A DNA stretch of 64,000 nt from a virus (taxonomy: Duplodnaviria; Heunggongvirae; Uroviricota; Caudoviricetes): IMG/VR virus record IMGVR_UViG_3300027963_000034, positions 122,552 through 186,551 of that record. One strand, written 5' to 3'. The stretch's first letter is position 1, and every line of letters starts with the position of its first letter. Of this stretch, positions 47,739 through 58,823 are shown one piece after another. Made by a program: the position numbers and the translations under genes. The notes under the pieces were generated by a model that worked only from the letters and a program-made list of their open reading frames with translations, made no database searches and was not told the DNA's origin.

Positions 47739-49004
47739 TTATGTATCAAATCGTACAATAAAGTTTACAGGTAAATCAGGATATGATTTTATTGGTTGCG
47801 GTAATTTAGCTACTGCTACTAAATCACAATTATCATCATATAATCCGATTGTTGTAATAAATGGTGCAAGGAATGAACCAGTGGAATCCAATGATGAACT
47901 ATAATCATACTGTTCAAATCCACCCGATATTGCAGTGTTATATCTAGAACCTATACTATAATCTATTGTATTTCCGTTTTCTAATGTTGTTTTTTTCTTA
48001 ATGTATTTAACACCAGGGTATGTAGTTGTTCTATGTATCTTACCATCGGAGCCAGTTACATATCCAGTTTCTCTACCCACTTCCACTACTGCTGTTGGAT
48101 TTGTTGAAACATTGAATTCATCTTCATTTGCAATTAGAAGATATTCATGTTCATATATAGTTTCAGTTGATTTGAATGTTAAATTCCAATCATTTTGTAA
48201 CTTTTCTGCAGAATCTCTTGTTAATACTATTAATCCTTGACTATAAAATACATTACCAATTTTAATACCTTGTGATTCTTTTGGTAAAAATGGAATATTT
48301 TCTGCAATTGCAATACCTGTGTTAATATCTAAGCTAATTAATTCTATGGTTGGTTGTAACTCTCCATTATATATAATATCCAACGTTTGAGCTTCTATAT
48401 CAAATTGACCAACCATTAATGTTTCAAATGATGCACTATAAATATGTTCAGCTAAATCGGTAAAATTAAATATTTTATTTTCTATATCAATTCTAGAAAC
48501 ATAAATTGTATCTCTGTAATCTTGTAAATTACCAAATGAATCATCCGTATATGCAAATTCAGAATCTAAATTTGTATTATCAGTTAAAATAACCGAACCT
48601 TTTTTAATTCCCTCACCAACATATATTTGTGGAATTGATATTACTTTTGCAGAACCACTTAAAAACCTTTCTTTTGTTAGTTCAACATCATTGTATACAT
48701 TTGTTTTAGCACCCAATCTTGTAAATGGATTATCTTCTTGTCCATTATAAAATTGAGCTCTTAGTTGTCCATATACTGACTTTGGATAATACTTATAAAT
48801 ATTACCGGTGGGATAGTCGGATGATGAATATGACATAGTTGCATATTCAGTATCCGGTATATTAAAATCTGCATCATATAACGTAACTCTTTCATTTATT
48901 TCTAAAGATGAAGAAGCTGGAAATGATGTATCATCAAATGTCCATTCTTTATATGCCTTAAACGGCCTTACACTAATATCTGACTTTGGTATTCTTTTTA
49001 ACAT
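47739..49004 (-). CDS. Putative baseplate/tail structural protein
   Basis: C-terminal ITTIGLYDD..DLVAVAKL..PIK domain, shared with the upstream gene. Confidence 0.6.
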   Translation of the reverse strand: MLKRIPKSDISVRPFKAYKEWTFDDTSFPASSSLEINERVTLYDADFNIPDTEYATMSYSSSDYPTGNIYKYYPKSVYGQLRAQFYNGQEDNPFTRLGAKTNVYNDVELTKERFLSGSAKVISIPQIYVGEGIKKGSVILTDNTNLDSEFAYTDDSFGNLQDYRDTIYVSRIDIENKIFNFTDLAEHIYSASFETLMVGQFDIEAQTLDIIYNGELQPTIELISLDINTGIAIAENIPFLPKESQGIKIGNVFYSQGLIVLTRDSAEKLQNDWNLTFKSTETIYEHEYLLIANEDEFNVSTNPTAVVEVGRETGYVTGSDGKIHRTTTYPGVKYIKKKTTLENGNTIDYSIGSRYNTAISGGFEQYDYSSSLDSTGSFLAPFITTIGLYDDNCDLVAVAKLPQPIKSYPDLPVNFIVRFDT

Positions 49005-49022
49005 ATCGTATATAAATATTCC

Positions 49023-49053
49023 AAAACTAAAAACCCACCAAATTAAGGTGGGT
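49023..49053 (-). terminator. Rho-independent terminator
   Basis: 7-bp stem ACCCACC/GGTGGGT with a 7-nt loop, followed on the minus strand by TTTTTAGTTTT. Confidence 0.8.
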
Positions 49054-49079
49054 CAATAGTTTTTATTTTTATTCTCCGA

Positions 49080-50336
49080 TTAGAAGTCTAATTTAACTTT
49101 AATTGCTATTTCTTTATCAAATGATTTTTCAATTGGTTTAGAAGTTTTTGCAACTGCTAATAATTCATTTGAATCATCATATAATCCCACCGTCGTAATA
49201 TACACTTTAGGGTCTTTTTCAAAAGTTGATTGAACAAATGCACCAACTGAACCAGTTACGAATGTTGGATTATTTGAAAAATTAAATTCTCTATTGTTTG
49301 CTCTTACAAAGTAATGAGATGTGGAAACGTTTTCAGTTCTTCTTACTTGAAAGTCAGAACCACTTGCTAAAGCCTTTAATACCGCTGCTCCACCTAAATT
49401 ACCATAACTAGCTAATTGATATACACCTGCTGCAGTTGTTCCAGATGCTGCTTGCAAAGAAGAACTTACTGAACCAGTTAATGCTGATGGGTTTAATAAA
49501 ATAATTCCCATATCAGGATAGAATAAACCATATCCTTGTTTAGTTACATTATCGGTATATTGTTTAATTGATGCGGTTAAAGCCGAACCAATATTTAATG
49601 AACCACTAACTAAATTATAAACTCTACCCGCTGTTGTTACATTTTCATCAGTTCCACCACTATCATCAATTAAAGTTACCAATCCAATTGAACCTGATAA
49701 TTTAATTTGAATATTTCCTGGGTCTAATCTTTCTTTGTATCTAGCTCTATTGATATTAATTGCGTAAAACGAAGTTAAATCAAATGTGCTATTTGCACTA
49801 GCAGTTGGACCGCTTAAGACTGTGAAGTACGGGTCACCTGCATCTAATAATACATTCTTATATTGGTTATAAGTAGCCAATGTAGGTAATGTTGAATTAT
49901 CATCATCAGTTAAAGTAGGTGCACCATATCCATTTACGTCTCCATATGCAATTGAGAATTGAACCTCCGATGCGTCAGAAGATGTTACTCCATTATAAAC
50001 ATCTAAATAGTATTTACCACTTGTAGATGCTTTTTGGATAGATGATGTAAATGTCATTTGAACTGCTAATGAACCAGTATCACCACTCCATATTCCAGAA
50101 GTTACGATTTCAGTTCTATTAGTTACTTTATCAATAGTTCCAAATTTCTTATAAATACCATTTGTAATGGTAGTTGAATCTGCACTAATTTGCTCACCTT
50201 GTCCTAAAAATTGGTTTACAATGCTTACTAATTCGTTTGTATCGACAGGAGTTCCCGCGGTGTTAGCTGCACCTGCTAAGTATGTTGATATATTACTTGC
50301 CAAAAGGGCTCCTCTATTGTCTCTTATTACTGCCAT
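49080..50336 (-). CDS. Putative baseplate/tail structural protein
   Basis: Ser/Thr/Gly-rich; C-terminal YITTVGLYDD..ELLAVAK..PIEK domain. Confidence 0.6.
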   Translation of the reverse strand: MAVIRDNRGALLASNISTYLAGAANTAGTPVDTNELVSIVNQFLGQGEQISADSTTITNGIYKKFGTIDKVTNRTEIVTSGIWSGDTGSLAVQMTFTSSIQKASTSGKYYLDVYNGVTSSDASEVQFSIAYGDVNGYGAPTLTDDDNSTLPTLATYNQYKNVLLDAGDPYFTVLSGPTASANSTFDLTSFYAININRARYKERLDPGNIQIKLSGSIGLVTLIDDSGGTDENVTTAGRVYNLVSGSLNIGSALTASIKQYTDNVTKQGYGLFYPDMGIILLNPSALTGSVSSSLQAASGTTAAGVYQLASYGNLGGAAVLKALASGSDFQVRRTENVSTSHYFVRANNREFNFSNNPTFVTGSVGAFVQSTFEKDPKVYITTVGLYDDSNELLAVAKTSKPIEKSFDKEIAIKVKLDF

Positions 50337-50343
50337 ATTTTAT

Positions 50344-50967
50344 TTATTGTACATAGTTTACTGTCACAGGAATTGTTTGAGAACCACCCGTTTCATTACC
50401 ATAGACTGTGATTGTAGTTCTAATAGTCGAAGTTAAAGATGGGTTTGGAATAAACTTAAATGTTAATCCTTTAGAAATTGCTGCAGTTGCAGATACATCA
50501 TCACCAATAAATACTGGGACAGTTCCTACATCAGCAGTAACACCTTCACCGATAATATCTCCTGCGTTTTTATTAGAAAGGATAATTGTATATCCCATTC
50601 TTCTATTACCTGCTGGAGATGTAGTTGGTGATAACGCAACCTCACCACTTTTTTGATTTACCGAAATATTTGGAATACCAAATTCAACAACCGGAATACG
50701 AGTTGTGTTTTTTGGTAAAGTTACCAATTTATATTTCATTACTTGTGTTTCATCAGGATTAGCCTCTAAAACTGGCATATTCTTAATTGCTGCATCATAA
50801 TACGCAGAACCAAGTGGATGTGCCGGTTCGTAAAGTGTGTAATCAATCTCATCATCTGCTAATGCAAATTGAGTAATGTTTAATCCCTGTCCTGCCGCTA
50901 ACTTTTCTCTACCTTTTTTGGTAAGAATAGCGTCGACTGTCAATTCGGTATTACTTAAATATCCCAT
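50344..50967 (-). CDS. Putative baseplate/tail structural protein
   Basis: AILTKKGRE.LA.G...ITQFALADDE resembles the P2 gpH/tail-collar N-terminal domain; Ig-like C-terminus. Confidence 0.55.
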   Translation of the reverse strand: MGYLSNTELTVDAILTKKGREKLAAGQGLNITQFALADDEIDYTLYEPAHPLGSAYYDAAIKNMPVLEANPDETQVMKYKLVTLPKNTTRIPVVEFGIPNISVNQKSGEVALSPTTSPAGNRRMGYTIILSNKNAGDIIGEGVTADVGTVPVFIGDDVSATAAISKGLTFKFIPNPSLTSTIRTTITVYGNETGGSQTIPVTVNYVQ

Positions 50968-51015
50968 AGTATTTTATTATTCTTTGTTTATAAATATTAT
51001 ATTTTTAAAATTCCG

Positions 51016-54000
51016 TTATTCAACTTCCAAAATTGGTTCACTTGCATTTCTACCGGTCTTATTTACAGTCAATGTATTAGGATTAGAAGTAAATGTTTCA
51101 ATAGGAAAACTACCATCTAAAGTAGTAGCGGCAGTATTTTTAGAACCATTATAAAAAGAATTTTGTAATCCTCTTGTCAAATCGGAAGTATTTCTATAAT
51201 GTGTTGGTAAATATCCACTAACTGGTTGTATTGCTATAATATTACCTTTAATAGTTGGTGGAGTTGAACCAGAAAATGGTTGTATATTCAATGAGGTTTC
51301 GGTATATACCGATGATGTTAAAATATATCCATCTCTCGGGTCTCCTAACCCATTTATTTTTGTTTTATATTTTACAATATCTCTTCTTTTTTGTTCCGTT
51401 ACTAAATTAACTCTAACTCTTTGTTTTTTAACTGAACCATCTAAATCAAAATAAGTTCTAATAGCAGACCCACTTTCTGCATAAATACCAAATCCAATAT
51501 TTTCATAATCAGTTTGTCCTACAATTATATTTGAATTTATTAAATCAATTTCAGTAAGTATCGTACCATCTCCTAATCCTGCATTTATTTCAACATTATA
51601 TTGATATGATTCTGCATTTGTTATAAAATTATCACCCGCAGTTATTAATGAATCATATTGATTGTTCTCTGCAGAAATTTTATCCAAAGAAGATGAATAT
51701 ATTGTAGCTTCGTATTGATTGTTTTCCGCAATTACATTTTCTGATAAATTACTATCAACGATTGCTTCATATTGGTTTATATTCGATGTAATACTATATT
51801 CATTTTTATAATCAATAGTAGTATCTTGCTGATATTCATCTCCAGATGGTTTCTTTTGTGCAATCTTACTTCTTTCTAAAATATGTGGTTCAATTAATAA
51901 TCCGGTAGTTGCTTTAACTCTCGCCGGTAACATTTTCTTAATATCTTCAAACATTGATTTCTCATATAGTTTGATTAAATTGATATAAGAATATATGTCT
52001 CTATTATCAAATCTTTTGAAATAATATTTTCGTAAAGAATCTAATGATTTATAATTTCCGTTATATTTTTCAGAAGGGTTACCAATATAATCATCTAAAT
52101 TTATTCCACCAAATGATTTAGCAATATCAATGTTTAATTCTTTTGTTGGTGAGAAAAATAATCCCACTCTATTTGAATCGGTTGGAGCTTGGTCAAATGC
52201 CTTTTTGGTTGCTCTACTTTTTATAGATAAATCAACACCACCACTAACATCATTACCATCAAAATCAGTTTGAGATTCAAATCTAACTTTATTTGTTGAA
52301 TATCTTGTAGAACCCATATCTGGTATCTCCAATACAACACTTCTATCTATTGCTTCAAAATTATGTGGATATGTTCCTATATTTGTAAATCCATATGCGG
52401 ATGCCGAATACGATGCCGATGGATTTTCTGAAAATATTAAAGTTCTAGGTAAGATTGGACCACTTTCTAAATCGTTTCTATATAGAGAAGATGAAAAATA
52501 AATATTAGTATCAACATTTATTAATGAAGATGTTAATGCTAAATTTTTAGGATATTCAAAATCCAAACGGAAAAATAAATCATCCGTTGATGATGAAATT
52601 TCATTACCATTAACCATTTCTGGAAATGAAACGTGTTGATAAAATTTATCTTTGGCCAATGGTGCACTCCATAAACGGAATTCATCTATACTACCAACAA
52701 AATTGTTTCCTAAACTAATTAAGGAACCACTATCCCAATAAAAACTTCCAGTAGAAACACTTCTACTAATACTCGTTTCAAATATTGTTCGTTCTTTATC
52801 TGCTTGTCTTAAATTTAATTCAAATGTGTGTTCAGCCGCGCCGCTTGTTCTACTTATTTCTACACCAAAGAATTTACCATTAAATATTGGTAATATTGAT
52901 GATGAAATACAATTAGAGCCGGAATAATTAAATACAACTTTACCATATGATGATGAAATTGAAGATGTAACTTCTAAATTCCAACCACTTCCAGATAAAA
53001 TTCTAGAATTAGATTGTTCCGTTGGTTTTACAAAAAATTCTATTGTGTCCGGTTTTCTATTTCTTTCAGTATTTTTCCATTGAAAATCAAGTCGAGCTCC
53101 ATTGTTTACAACCAAAGCAGTAGTAACATTATCCATTACTAATTTACTTTTACTTGTTTCAGAAACTTCTGGGCCACCAAATTCTAAAATCGAAAGATTT
53201 GATGAAGGGATTCCATAACAACTCATTAAAGCATATATTCCTCTTCTTGTACCTTTATGTTTTAATAAATAAGGTAAGTTATTTGCAATTCTTCTCCAAA
53301 CTTCATATGTTCTTTGTTTCGCAGGACTTGTATTTTTTGTATTTCCATTTGAATCTTTACCAAATACATGCTCCCACAATTTAGAATCAGCTGATAGGTT
53401 TTTAGCATCCCAATTAAATGATTTTAATGAATCAAATAATAATTTATCATTAATTCCATTTTTCGATTTATACCCCATACCTCTACCATTTTCAATAGAT
53501 TTAGTATAGTAATAAATTATATCAAAATGATGAGCTAACATATTCAATAACAAATGGAAACTTTGAGAATTTTCAACATTGTTTATAAATGTTGGAACAT
53601 TGTTCATAATCCAATTAGGATTTTCTAAATCAAAGGTTTCTGCAGCTTCCGATGCTAAAGTATACCAATTTACTACATTGGTATTAGTATGGTTTAATCT
53701 AACTCCATTTGCATGTGGCCAACTTAAAGATGATGATGTATATAAGAATGTTTCAAACCCATCAAATGATTGAATTATTTGATTTTTCTTTATATTATTT
53801 TTTTCTACCTGTTTAGGAGATTCTGGTGAGTTTATAAACGATGCAGTTTGCGAAGCAGATATTGCTGTATCATATGCTTCTATTAATTGAACTTTATAAA
53901 CAAAATTATCTAATCTTTCCTTTGCAGAACTAAAATGTACAAAGTTATCCCAAAGATATCCTTCAATTGGATTTGAACCACTTGCATATTCTATATTTAA

Positions 54001-56358
54001 ATCATCTTGATACGAAAGTGATGAACTTAAATATGTTCTAACTAAATCAGTTGATGATGCGGAACTACTTAATATTAAATTATCTAATGATTCAAAATTA
54101 GTAGAATTACCAACAACAAAATCAACTTCTATATCAAAATTAGGCCCTTTTATTGGAGGACACTTTACCGAATCTTGTTCATTTAATACGACAGTTTCTA
54201 TAAGAGGACTACTCATTAATTTAGTAATCCAAAATGTAGTATTTTCAGTATAATTTGCAGGTAATGGTGAATATAATTTTAAAATTATAGATTTAACTTC
54301 TTTATCAACTATTTCATTTCCTAATTCATCTTTTTTCTTTGATGATAATGTCCAATTATCTTCTTCAAATGATGAAACTAATATTTGTTCATTATTTCCA
54401 AAATTAGAAAGATGTGTTAAATATTTACTTTCTTTTTCAGGTTCGGTTATTTGTATTTGTTCCGCAAATGAATCAAATAATAATTTTGATATTATATCTT
54501 CATCTAAAAATAATTTAGGTAAAATTAATTCAGTATTTGTTTCATAATCATTACCAATTAATTCTTCTGCACCACCTCTATTGTATGGTTTTAATTTTAA
54601 ACGTATACCATCTTTTGGAACCCACGTTGGATATAATTCTCTTAATTTTTTTAAGTTAAATCCAAAATCACCATTAGGAGATTGATTTTTTAATAAATCA
54701 ATATAGCTCTTATCTCCTAATTGCAATGATATATCAACACTGGTTGCTGCAAATGTAGAATAAGATATTTTTAAATCTATATTAAAATCCGAAAAACTAG
54801 GTATTTCAATAGATTGGGGAAATGTAACTTCTACTATTGAAGGATAATCATTTACAGCAGTAAAGTTTACTATTATTTCTTTTCTTTGCCCCGTACCATA
54901 TTGATTACTTACTGCTACTAATATTACCTTTTTAGAACCATATACTTCGGAATAATCTTTTTGAAAATATAGATTTACTGAACCATCTGTGGCTGGTACT
55001 TTTAATGTTTTTTCTGGAGTAATATATACTAATACATAATCAGCCTTATCGGTATTGAATGGAATAGAAACTCCCTTTTCAGTATCGGATTCTTTTACTC
55101 TGACATCAAATTGTGTTTGATAAACATCTATCATTGGTTCCGCTACTGATATTTCTTTTTGAAATAATGCAATAACTACAACTCCACTTGATAACTCTGC
55201 AGATGATACTTCAAAACTTAAATTAGATGGTTTAGCAAATTTTGCATCGTTACTAAAAACTTCATTTAATTTAGAGTAATCAATATTATCTGCGTTTGTT
55301 ATTATAGAACGTTTTCCCCAATATAATTTTGTGAAACTAAGGTCTTGTCCATACGATGGTTTTATAGTTTCGGTATTATCAATTATAGTAAATACAACTT
55401 TGCCATTTTTTATAGAATCTTTTGCAATAGATTTTAATGCACTTCCATCTTCTAATGATATTTGGCCAGTTTGTATAGATGTTCCAACTTCATTTAAAAT
55501 ATCATATTTTAATGAGTATATGTTTCCTAATTCATTTTTAAAATTACTACCAAAAACAATTTCGTATTCAACATTTGGACTTGCAGGTATTTCTGCAGGT
55601 GTTACCTTTATTGCTTCAAATTCAAAAATAAGACTATATGCTCCAGAAACGCCATCAGCGTTTGTTATTATATCTTGTACATAATTTTTTCCGTCCCAAA
55701 CATATTTTTTAATAGCTAAATTTTCTGTATAGTTTTGTTCATTAGCCGTGATTGGTGTTGAAGTTGGTATTCTATTATATTCATAATTGAAATTATAATA
55801 ATTTGGATTATAATTATAATTTAAATTGGAATTATATCCAAAATTAGTATTTCCACCCATACCATTAAACATAGTAGAACCTGCGTTTATATTCATATCA
55901 AACGTCCATGTAAAATTCGGTATAACCAAATTTGGTTCTGCTATGCTTTGTGGATTTTGATATTTTTTAACTATTTCAACTTCGTAATAATTTAAACTTT
56001 TATATCCCTCTGATTTGGATTCATATTTTCTTTTAGAACCAAATACCAAAGATGGAGAATAAACTATTTTATTAGTTGTACCTATACCCTTTGATACATC
56101 TCCTTCGAAAAACTCACTAGCTACATCTTTTGCGTTAACTAATGTAATAGTTAATGGTGTTGATAAAGACTCTTTAACTTCAGATGGTGGCACGAATGTA
56201 GGATTGGTAGGAACCGGTGGAGTATATCCTCCACCACCACCAACGCTGCCAATATTGCCCAATGTTTGATTTTCAAATGGATTGTATACTCCATTTCCAT
56301 CATATGGGTTATTTATTTGATTTCCTCCAAACTCATTTGGGTCGTAAGATACTGCCAT
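51016..56358 (-). CDS. Large baseplate wedge-like protein (gp7/P2 gpI-like segment) with LamG domain
   Basis: LPYLLKHKGTRRGIYALMSCYG; LamG-like IEFFVK...FVGSIDEFRLW...LFFRLDF. Confidence 0.6.
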   Translation of the reverse strand: MAVSYDPNEFGGNQINNPYDGNGVYNPFENQTLGNIGSVGGGGGYTPPVPTNPTFVPPSEVKESLSTPLTITLVNAKDVASEFFEGDVSKGIGTTNKIVYSPSLVFGSKRKYESKSEGYKSLNYYEVEIVKKYQNPQSIAEPNLVIPNFTWTFDMNINAGSTMFNGMGGNTNFGYNSNLNYNYNPNYYNFNYEYNRIPTSTPITANEQNYTENLAIKKYVWDGKNYVQDIITNADGVSGAYSLIFEFEAIKVTPAEIPASPNVEYEIVFGSNFKNELGNIYSLKYDILNEVGTSIQTGQISLEDGSALKSIAKDSIKNGKVVFTIIDNTETIKPSYGQDLSFTKLYWGKRSIITNADNIDYSKLNEVFSNDAKFAKPSNLSFEVSSAELSSGVVVIALFQKEISVAEPMIDVYQTQFDVRVKESDTEKGVSIPFNTDKADYVLVYITPEKTLKVPATDGSVNLYFQKDYSEVYGSKKVILVAVSNQYGTGQRKEIIVNFTAVNDYPSIVEVTFPQSIEIPSFSDFNIDLKISYSTFAATSVDISLQLGDKSYIDLLKNQSPNGDFGFNLKKLRELYPTWVPKDGIRLKLKPYNRGGAEELIGNDYETNTELILPKLFLDEDIISKLLFDSFAEQIQITEPEKESKYLTHLSNFGNNEQILVSSFEEDNWTLSSKKKDELGNEIVDKEVKSIILKLYSPLPANYTENTTFWITKLMSSPLIETVVLNEQDSVKCPPIKGPNFDIEVDFVVGNSTNFESLDNLILSSSASSTDLVRTYLSSSLSYQDDLNIEYASGSNPIEGYLWDNFVHFSSAKERLDNFVYKVQLIEAYDTAISASQTASFINSPESPKQVEKNNIKKNQIIQSFDGFETFLYTSSSLSWPHANGVRLNHTNTNVVNWYTLASEAAETFDLENPNWIMNNVPTFINNVENSQSFHLLLNMLAHHFDIIYYYTKSIENGRGMGYKSKNGINDKLLFDSLKSFNWDAKNLSADSKLWEHVFGKDSNGNTKNTSPAKQRTYEVWRRIANNLPYLLKHKGTRRGIYALMSCYGIPSSNLSILEFGGPEVSETSKSKLVMDNVTTALVVNNGARLDFQWKNTERNRKPDTIEFFVKPTEQSNSRILSGSGWNLEVTSSISSSYGKVVFNYSGSNCISSSILPIFNGKFFGVEISRTSGAAEHTFELNLRQADKERTIFETSISRSVSTGSFYWDSGSLISLGNNFVGSIDEFRLWSAPLAKDKFYQHVSFPEMVNGNEISSSTDDLFFRLDFEYPKNLALTSSLINVDTNIYFSSSLYRNDLESGPILPRTLIFSENPSASYSASAYGFTNIGTYPHNFEAIDRSVVLEIPDMGSTRYSTNKVRFESQTDFDGNDVSGGVDLSIKSRATKKAFDQAPTDSNRVGLFFSPTKELNIDIAKSFGGINLDDYIGNPSEKYNGNYKSLDSLRKYYFKRFDNRDIYSYINLIKLYEKSMFEDIKKMLPARVKATTGLLIEPHILERSKIAQKKPSGDEYQQDTTIDYKNEYSITSNINQYEAIVDSNLSENVIAENNQYEATIYSSSLDKISAENNQYDSLITAGDNFITNAESYQYNVEINAGLGDGTILTEIDLINSNIIVGQTDYENIGFGIYAESGSAIRTYFDLDGSVKKQRVRVNLVTEQKRRDIVKYKTKINGLGDPRDGYILTSSVYTETSLNIQPFSGSTPPTIKGNIIAIQPVSGYLPTHYRNTSDLTRGLQNSFYNGSKNTAATTLDGSFPIETFTSNPNTLTVNKTGRNASEPILEVE

Positions 56359-56380
56359 CTATTAATTTTATATAAATATT

Positions 56381-57676
56381 TTATTGTAAATTTTCTCTTT
56401 GAGTCATATCTCTTTCGATAATATTTTCTCTACCATATCCCAATCCAAAATTGTTTTCAACATAACCGCCTCCTCCTCCACCACCACTAACCGATGGTGT
56501 TGTATATATTGGTTCTGGTATAATAACAGGTATTGGCGTTGGTTCTTCAAATTTTGGAGTCTCTACAAATAGTGGTGGTGGAGCGGGAGTTTCTATTGGC
56601 TCCACATATTCTTTAGGTGGTGGTAGAATATCTAATACCGGTATATCTCTTGTTTTTGTAACAGGTAATTCTACTTTATCTGGTGCATATACATTTCTTC
56701 GTATATCAATTGGTGTTTGAAATGAATTTAAATTATTTTGTATTTGTTTTCTTAATTCAACCACTGCAAATTCTTGAGGAACTTGTTTATAATCAATACC
56801 TCTTCTTTTTAAACTTTTTATATTATATGCTACTGCATTATTTAGTAAAGATTGAACTCCTCCTAATAAAAAATTAAAATCATATTGGTCACAATCAATA
56901 AATCTAATTTCAGATGGTTTTCCAAATGTCGAATCATTTAAATCATAATGTCGGTTATTAACCCAATGTTTAATACTTTCTTTAAAATCATCAAATATTT
57001 TTTTAATAAAAGCATCAAAATTTCGCAATCCAAAATCTTTTCTAATTGTATCTTTAAAATCATTTCCAATTCTATTTACAATTGAATCATTTATTTTAGA
57101 TAAATAAAGTGGTTCCAAAGAATCTAATGCATTTAATATATTCTTTTTGTAATATTTAAAATCTTTATTAAGATTTCCTAAATTATTAAAATCTTTTATG
57201 TTTTTAGTATTAATATTTTCCCATTTAGTTTTAAGTGGTATTATTCTTATCTCTTCTCTTGAAGGTGATATTTCTTGTATCCATACCCTTTCTAATTCAT
57301 TATCAGTACCGACTCTATTTCTTACAAAATTAATATTAACTTTTAAAATACCATTTGTAAAACCTAAATCACTTAAAAGTTTTTCAATATCAATAGCCAA
57401 TTCTTTCTGACCACCTTTATTAGTTACATTATACATGTAATTTTTTATATCACCTGTTTTAATGTATGCTACATTATTTCCTGTTTTTTGTGGTAATAGA
57501 TTGCTATTAATATCGTAAACTGATACTTCCATTACATCATATTTACAATCCCCAAAATCCGTTTCCTCTATTTCATTTTTTGATACAATGAATAAATCTT
57601 CGGCTTGTAGAAATTTTCCTTTATTATCTACATTACCATCGATTTTTTCAAAGTTTGTATATTTTTTAATACTCAT
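56381..57676 (-). CDS. Hypothetical virion-cluster protein
   Basis: 431 aa; IQEISPSREEIRI motif; Pro-rich and poly-Gly C-terminus. Confidence 0.6.
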   Translation of the reverse strand: MSIKKYTNFEKIDGNVDNKGKFLQAEDLFIVSKNEIEETDFGDCKYDVMEVSVYDINSNLLPQKTGNNVAYIKTGDIKNYMYNVTNKGGQKELAIDIEKLLSDLGFTNGILKVNINFVRNRVGTDNELERVWIQEISPSREEIRIIPLKTKWENINTKNIKDFNNLGNLNKDFKYYKKNILNALDSLEPLYLSKINDSIVNRIGNDFKDTIRKDFGLRNFDAFIKKIFDDFKESIKHWVNNRHYDLNDSTFGKPSEIRFIDCDQYDFNFLLGGVQSLLNNAVAYNIKSLKRRGIDYKQVPQEFAVVELRKQIQNNLNSFQTPIDIRRNVYAPDKVELPVTKTRDIPVLDILPPPKEYVEPIETPAPPPLFVETPKFEEPTPIPVIIPEPIYTTPSVSGGGGGGGYVENNFGLGYGRENIIERDMTQRENLQ

Positions 57677-57688
57677 ATATAAAATTTA

Positions 57689-58822
57689 TTAATAAGAATC
57701 TGGATGTAATTTTGAAAATTTCATATCATAAGATTTACTCTTTGTACTCTTATCACTTTTTGTAACTGATACTTTTAATTCACCACCTTTATAATCTGCA
57801 CTATGTGAGTATGATTTATTTTTCTTACTATCAACATTTGCAACTGCCGACTCATCGATTGTAAATTGTATATCTTTACTAGCACCAGGTTCCATTGTAA
57901 ATGAAGATTCGGATACTCTAAACCATCTCAATCCATTGGGATATGTTACATCTATACTTATTGAAATTGAACCTTTATCGTTATTTGTTATAGATAACGA
58001 TTTACCATTTACCCATTTATTTCCTCCCTTTGCATTTACCTTACCAAAAATAGCAGGTTCATTTTGTTCAGTTTTGTCTTGTAATTTTACAATAGCAACA
58101 TCATTAATAACATCCGCTCCAGCTGCCATAGCTTGTGCAGCGGTACCTTGTGTAATAGCCTGTTGTTGTTGTACTGCACCTAATTGAGCTTGCAATCCTT
58201 CAATAATTGAATTCAATGAATCAATTTGTTTTATTAATGCTTCAATTTGAACTTTATATCCAGTATTTTGTGATTGTAATGATGTTCTTAATATAGATTC
58301 TTCTACCGACTTTTGTACAGCCGTTTGAATCTGTTCGGTAAATGTTGCCAAACTATCCGATACCGTCTCTAATTGATTTGAAATCAAATCATCTTTTTGG
58401 GACATTGATAACTTTTCAATATTTACTTTTGTAACTTCGTTTTGTAATCTTTTTATTTCATTAACCGCAGCAGAATATTTTGCAGTTACATCAGCTAATT
58501 TAATGCGTAAATCATCATTTAGAGCAACCTCTTTATCGTATATAGGTCTTGGAACTAAATCTAAATTGGGAGTAGGTATTGATGGTTTTAATTCTTTTAC
58601 CTCAATATCAATTGCCTTTTTTATTTCTTCTTCATCGTATTTATCTTTATTTAATTCCTTAAATACCAAAGAAGATGCTACATTTTTTTCATCTACAATT
58701 GTTATACCATAATCATTTTTGACAATAGCTTGTGAACCAGATGAAATTAATATTTCTTCTAATCTATTTTTTCTTTCTTCTTGTAATTTTTCAGCTATTG
58801 CTTCTATTGATGTTAACGCCAT
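57689..58822 (-). CDS. Coiled-coil + Ig-like virion-cluster protein
   Basis: Heptad region followed by a beta-sandwich pattern. Confidence 0.55.
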   Translation of the reverse strand: MALTSIEAIAEKLQEERKNRLEEILISSGSQAIVKNDYGITIVDEKNVASSLVFKELNKDKYDEEEIKKAIDIEVKELKPSIPTPNLDLVPRPIYDKEVALNDDLRIKLADVTAKYSAAVNEIKRLQNEVTKVNIEKLSMSQKDDLISNQLETVSDSLATFTEQIQTAVQKSVEESILRTSLQSQNTGYKVQIEALIKQIDSLNSIIEGLQAQLGAVQQQQAITQGTAAQAMAAGADVINDVAIVKLQDKTEQNEPAIFGKVNAKGGNKWVNGKSLSITNNDKGSISISIDVTYPNGLRWFRVSESSFTMEPGASKDIQFTIDESAVANVDSKKNKSYSHSADYKGGELKVSVTKSDKSTKSKSYDMKFSKLHPDSY

Positions 58823-58823
58823 A

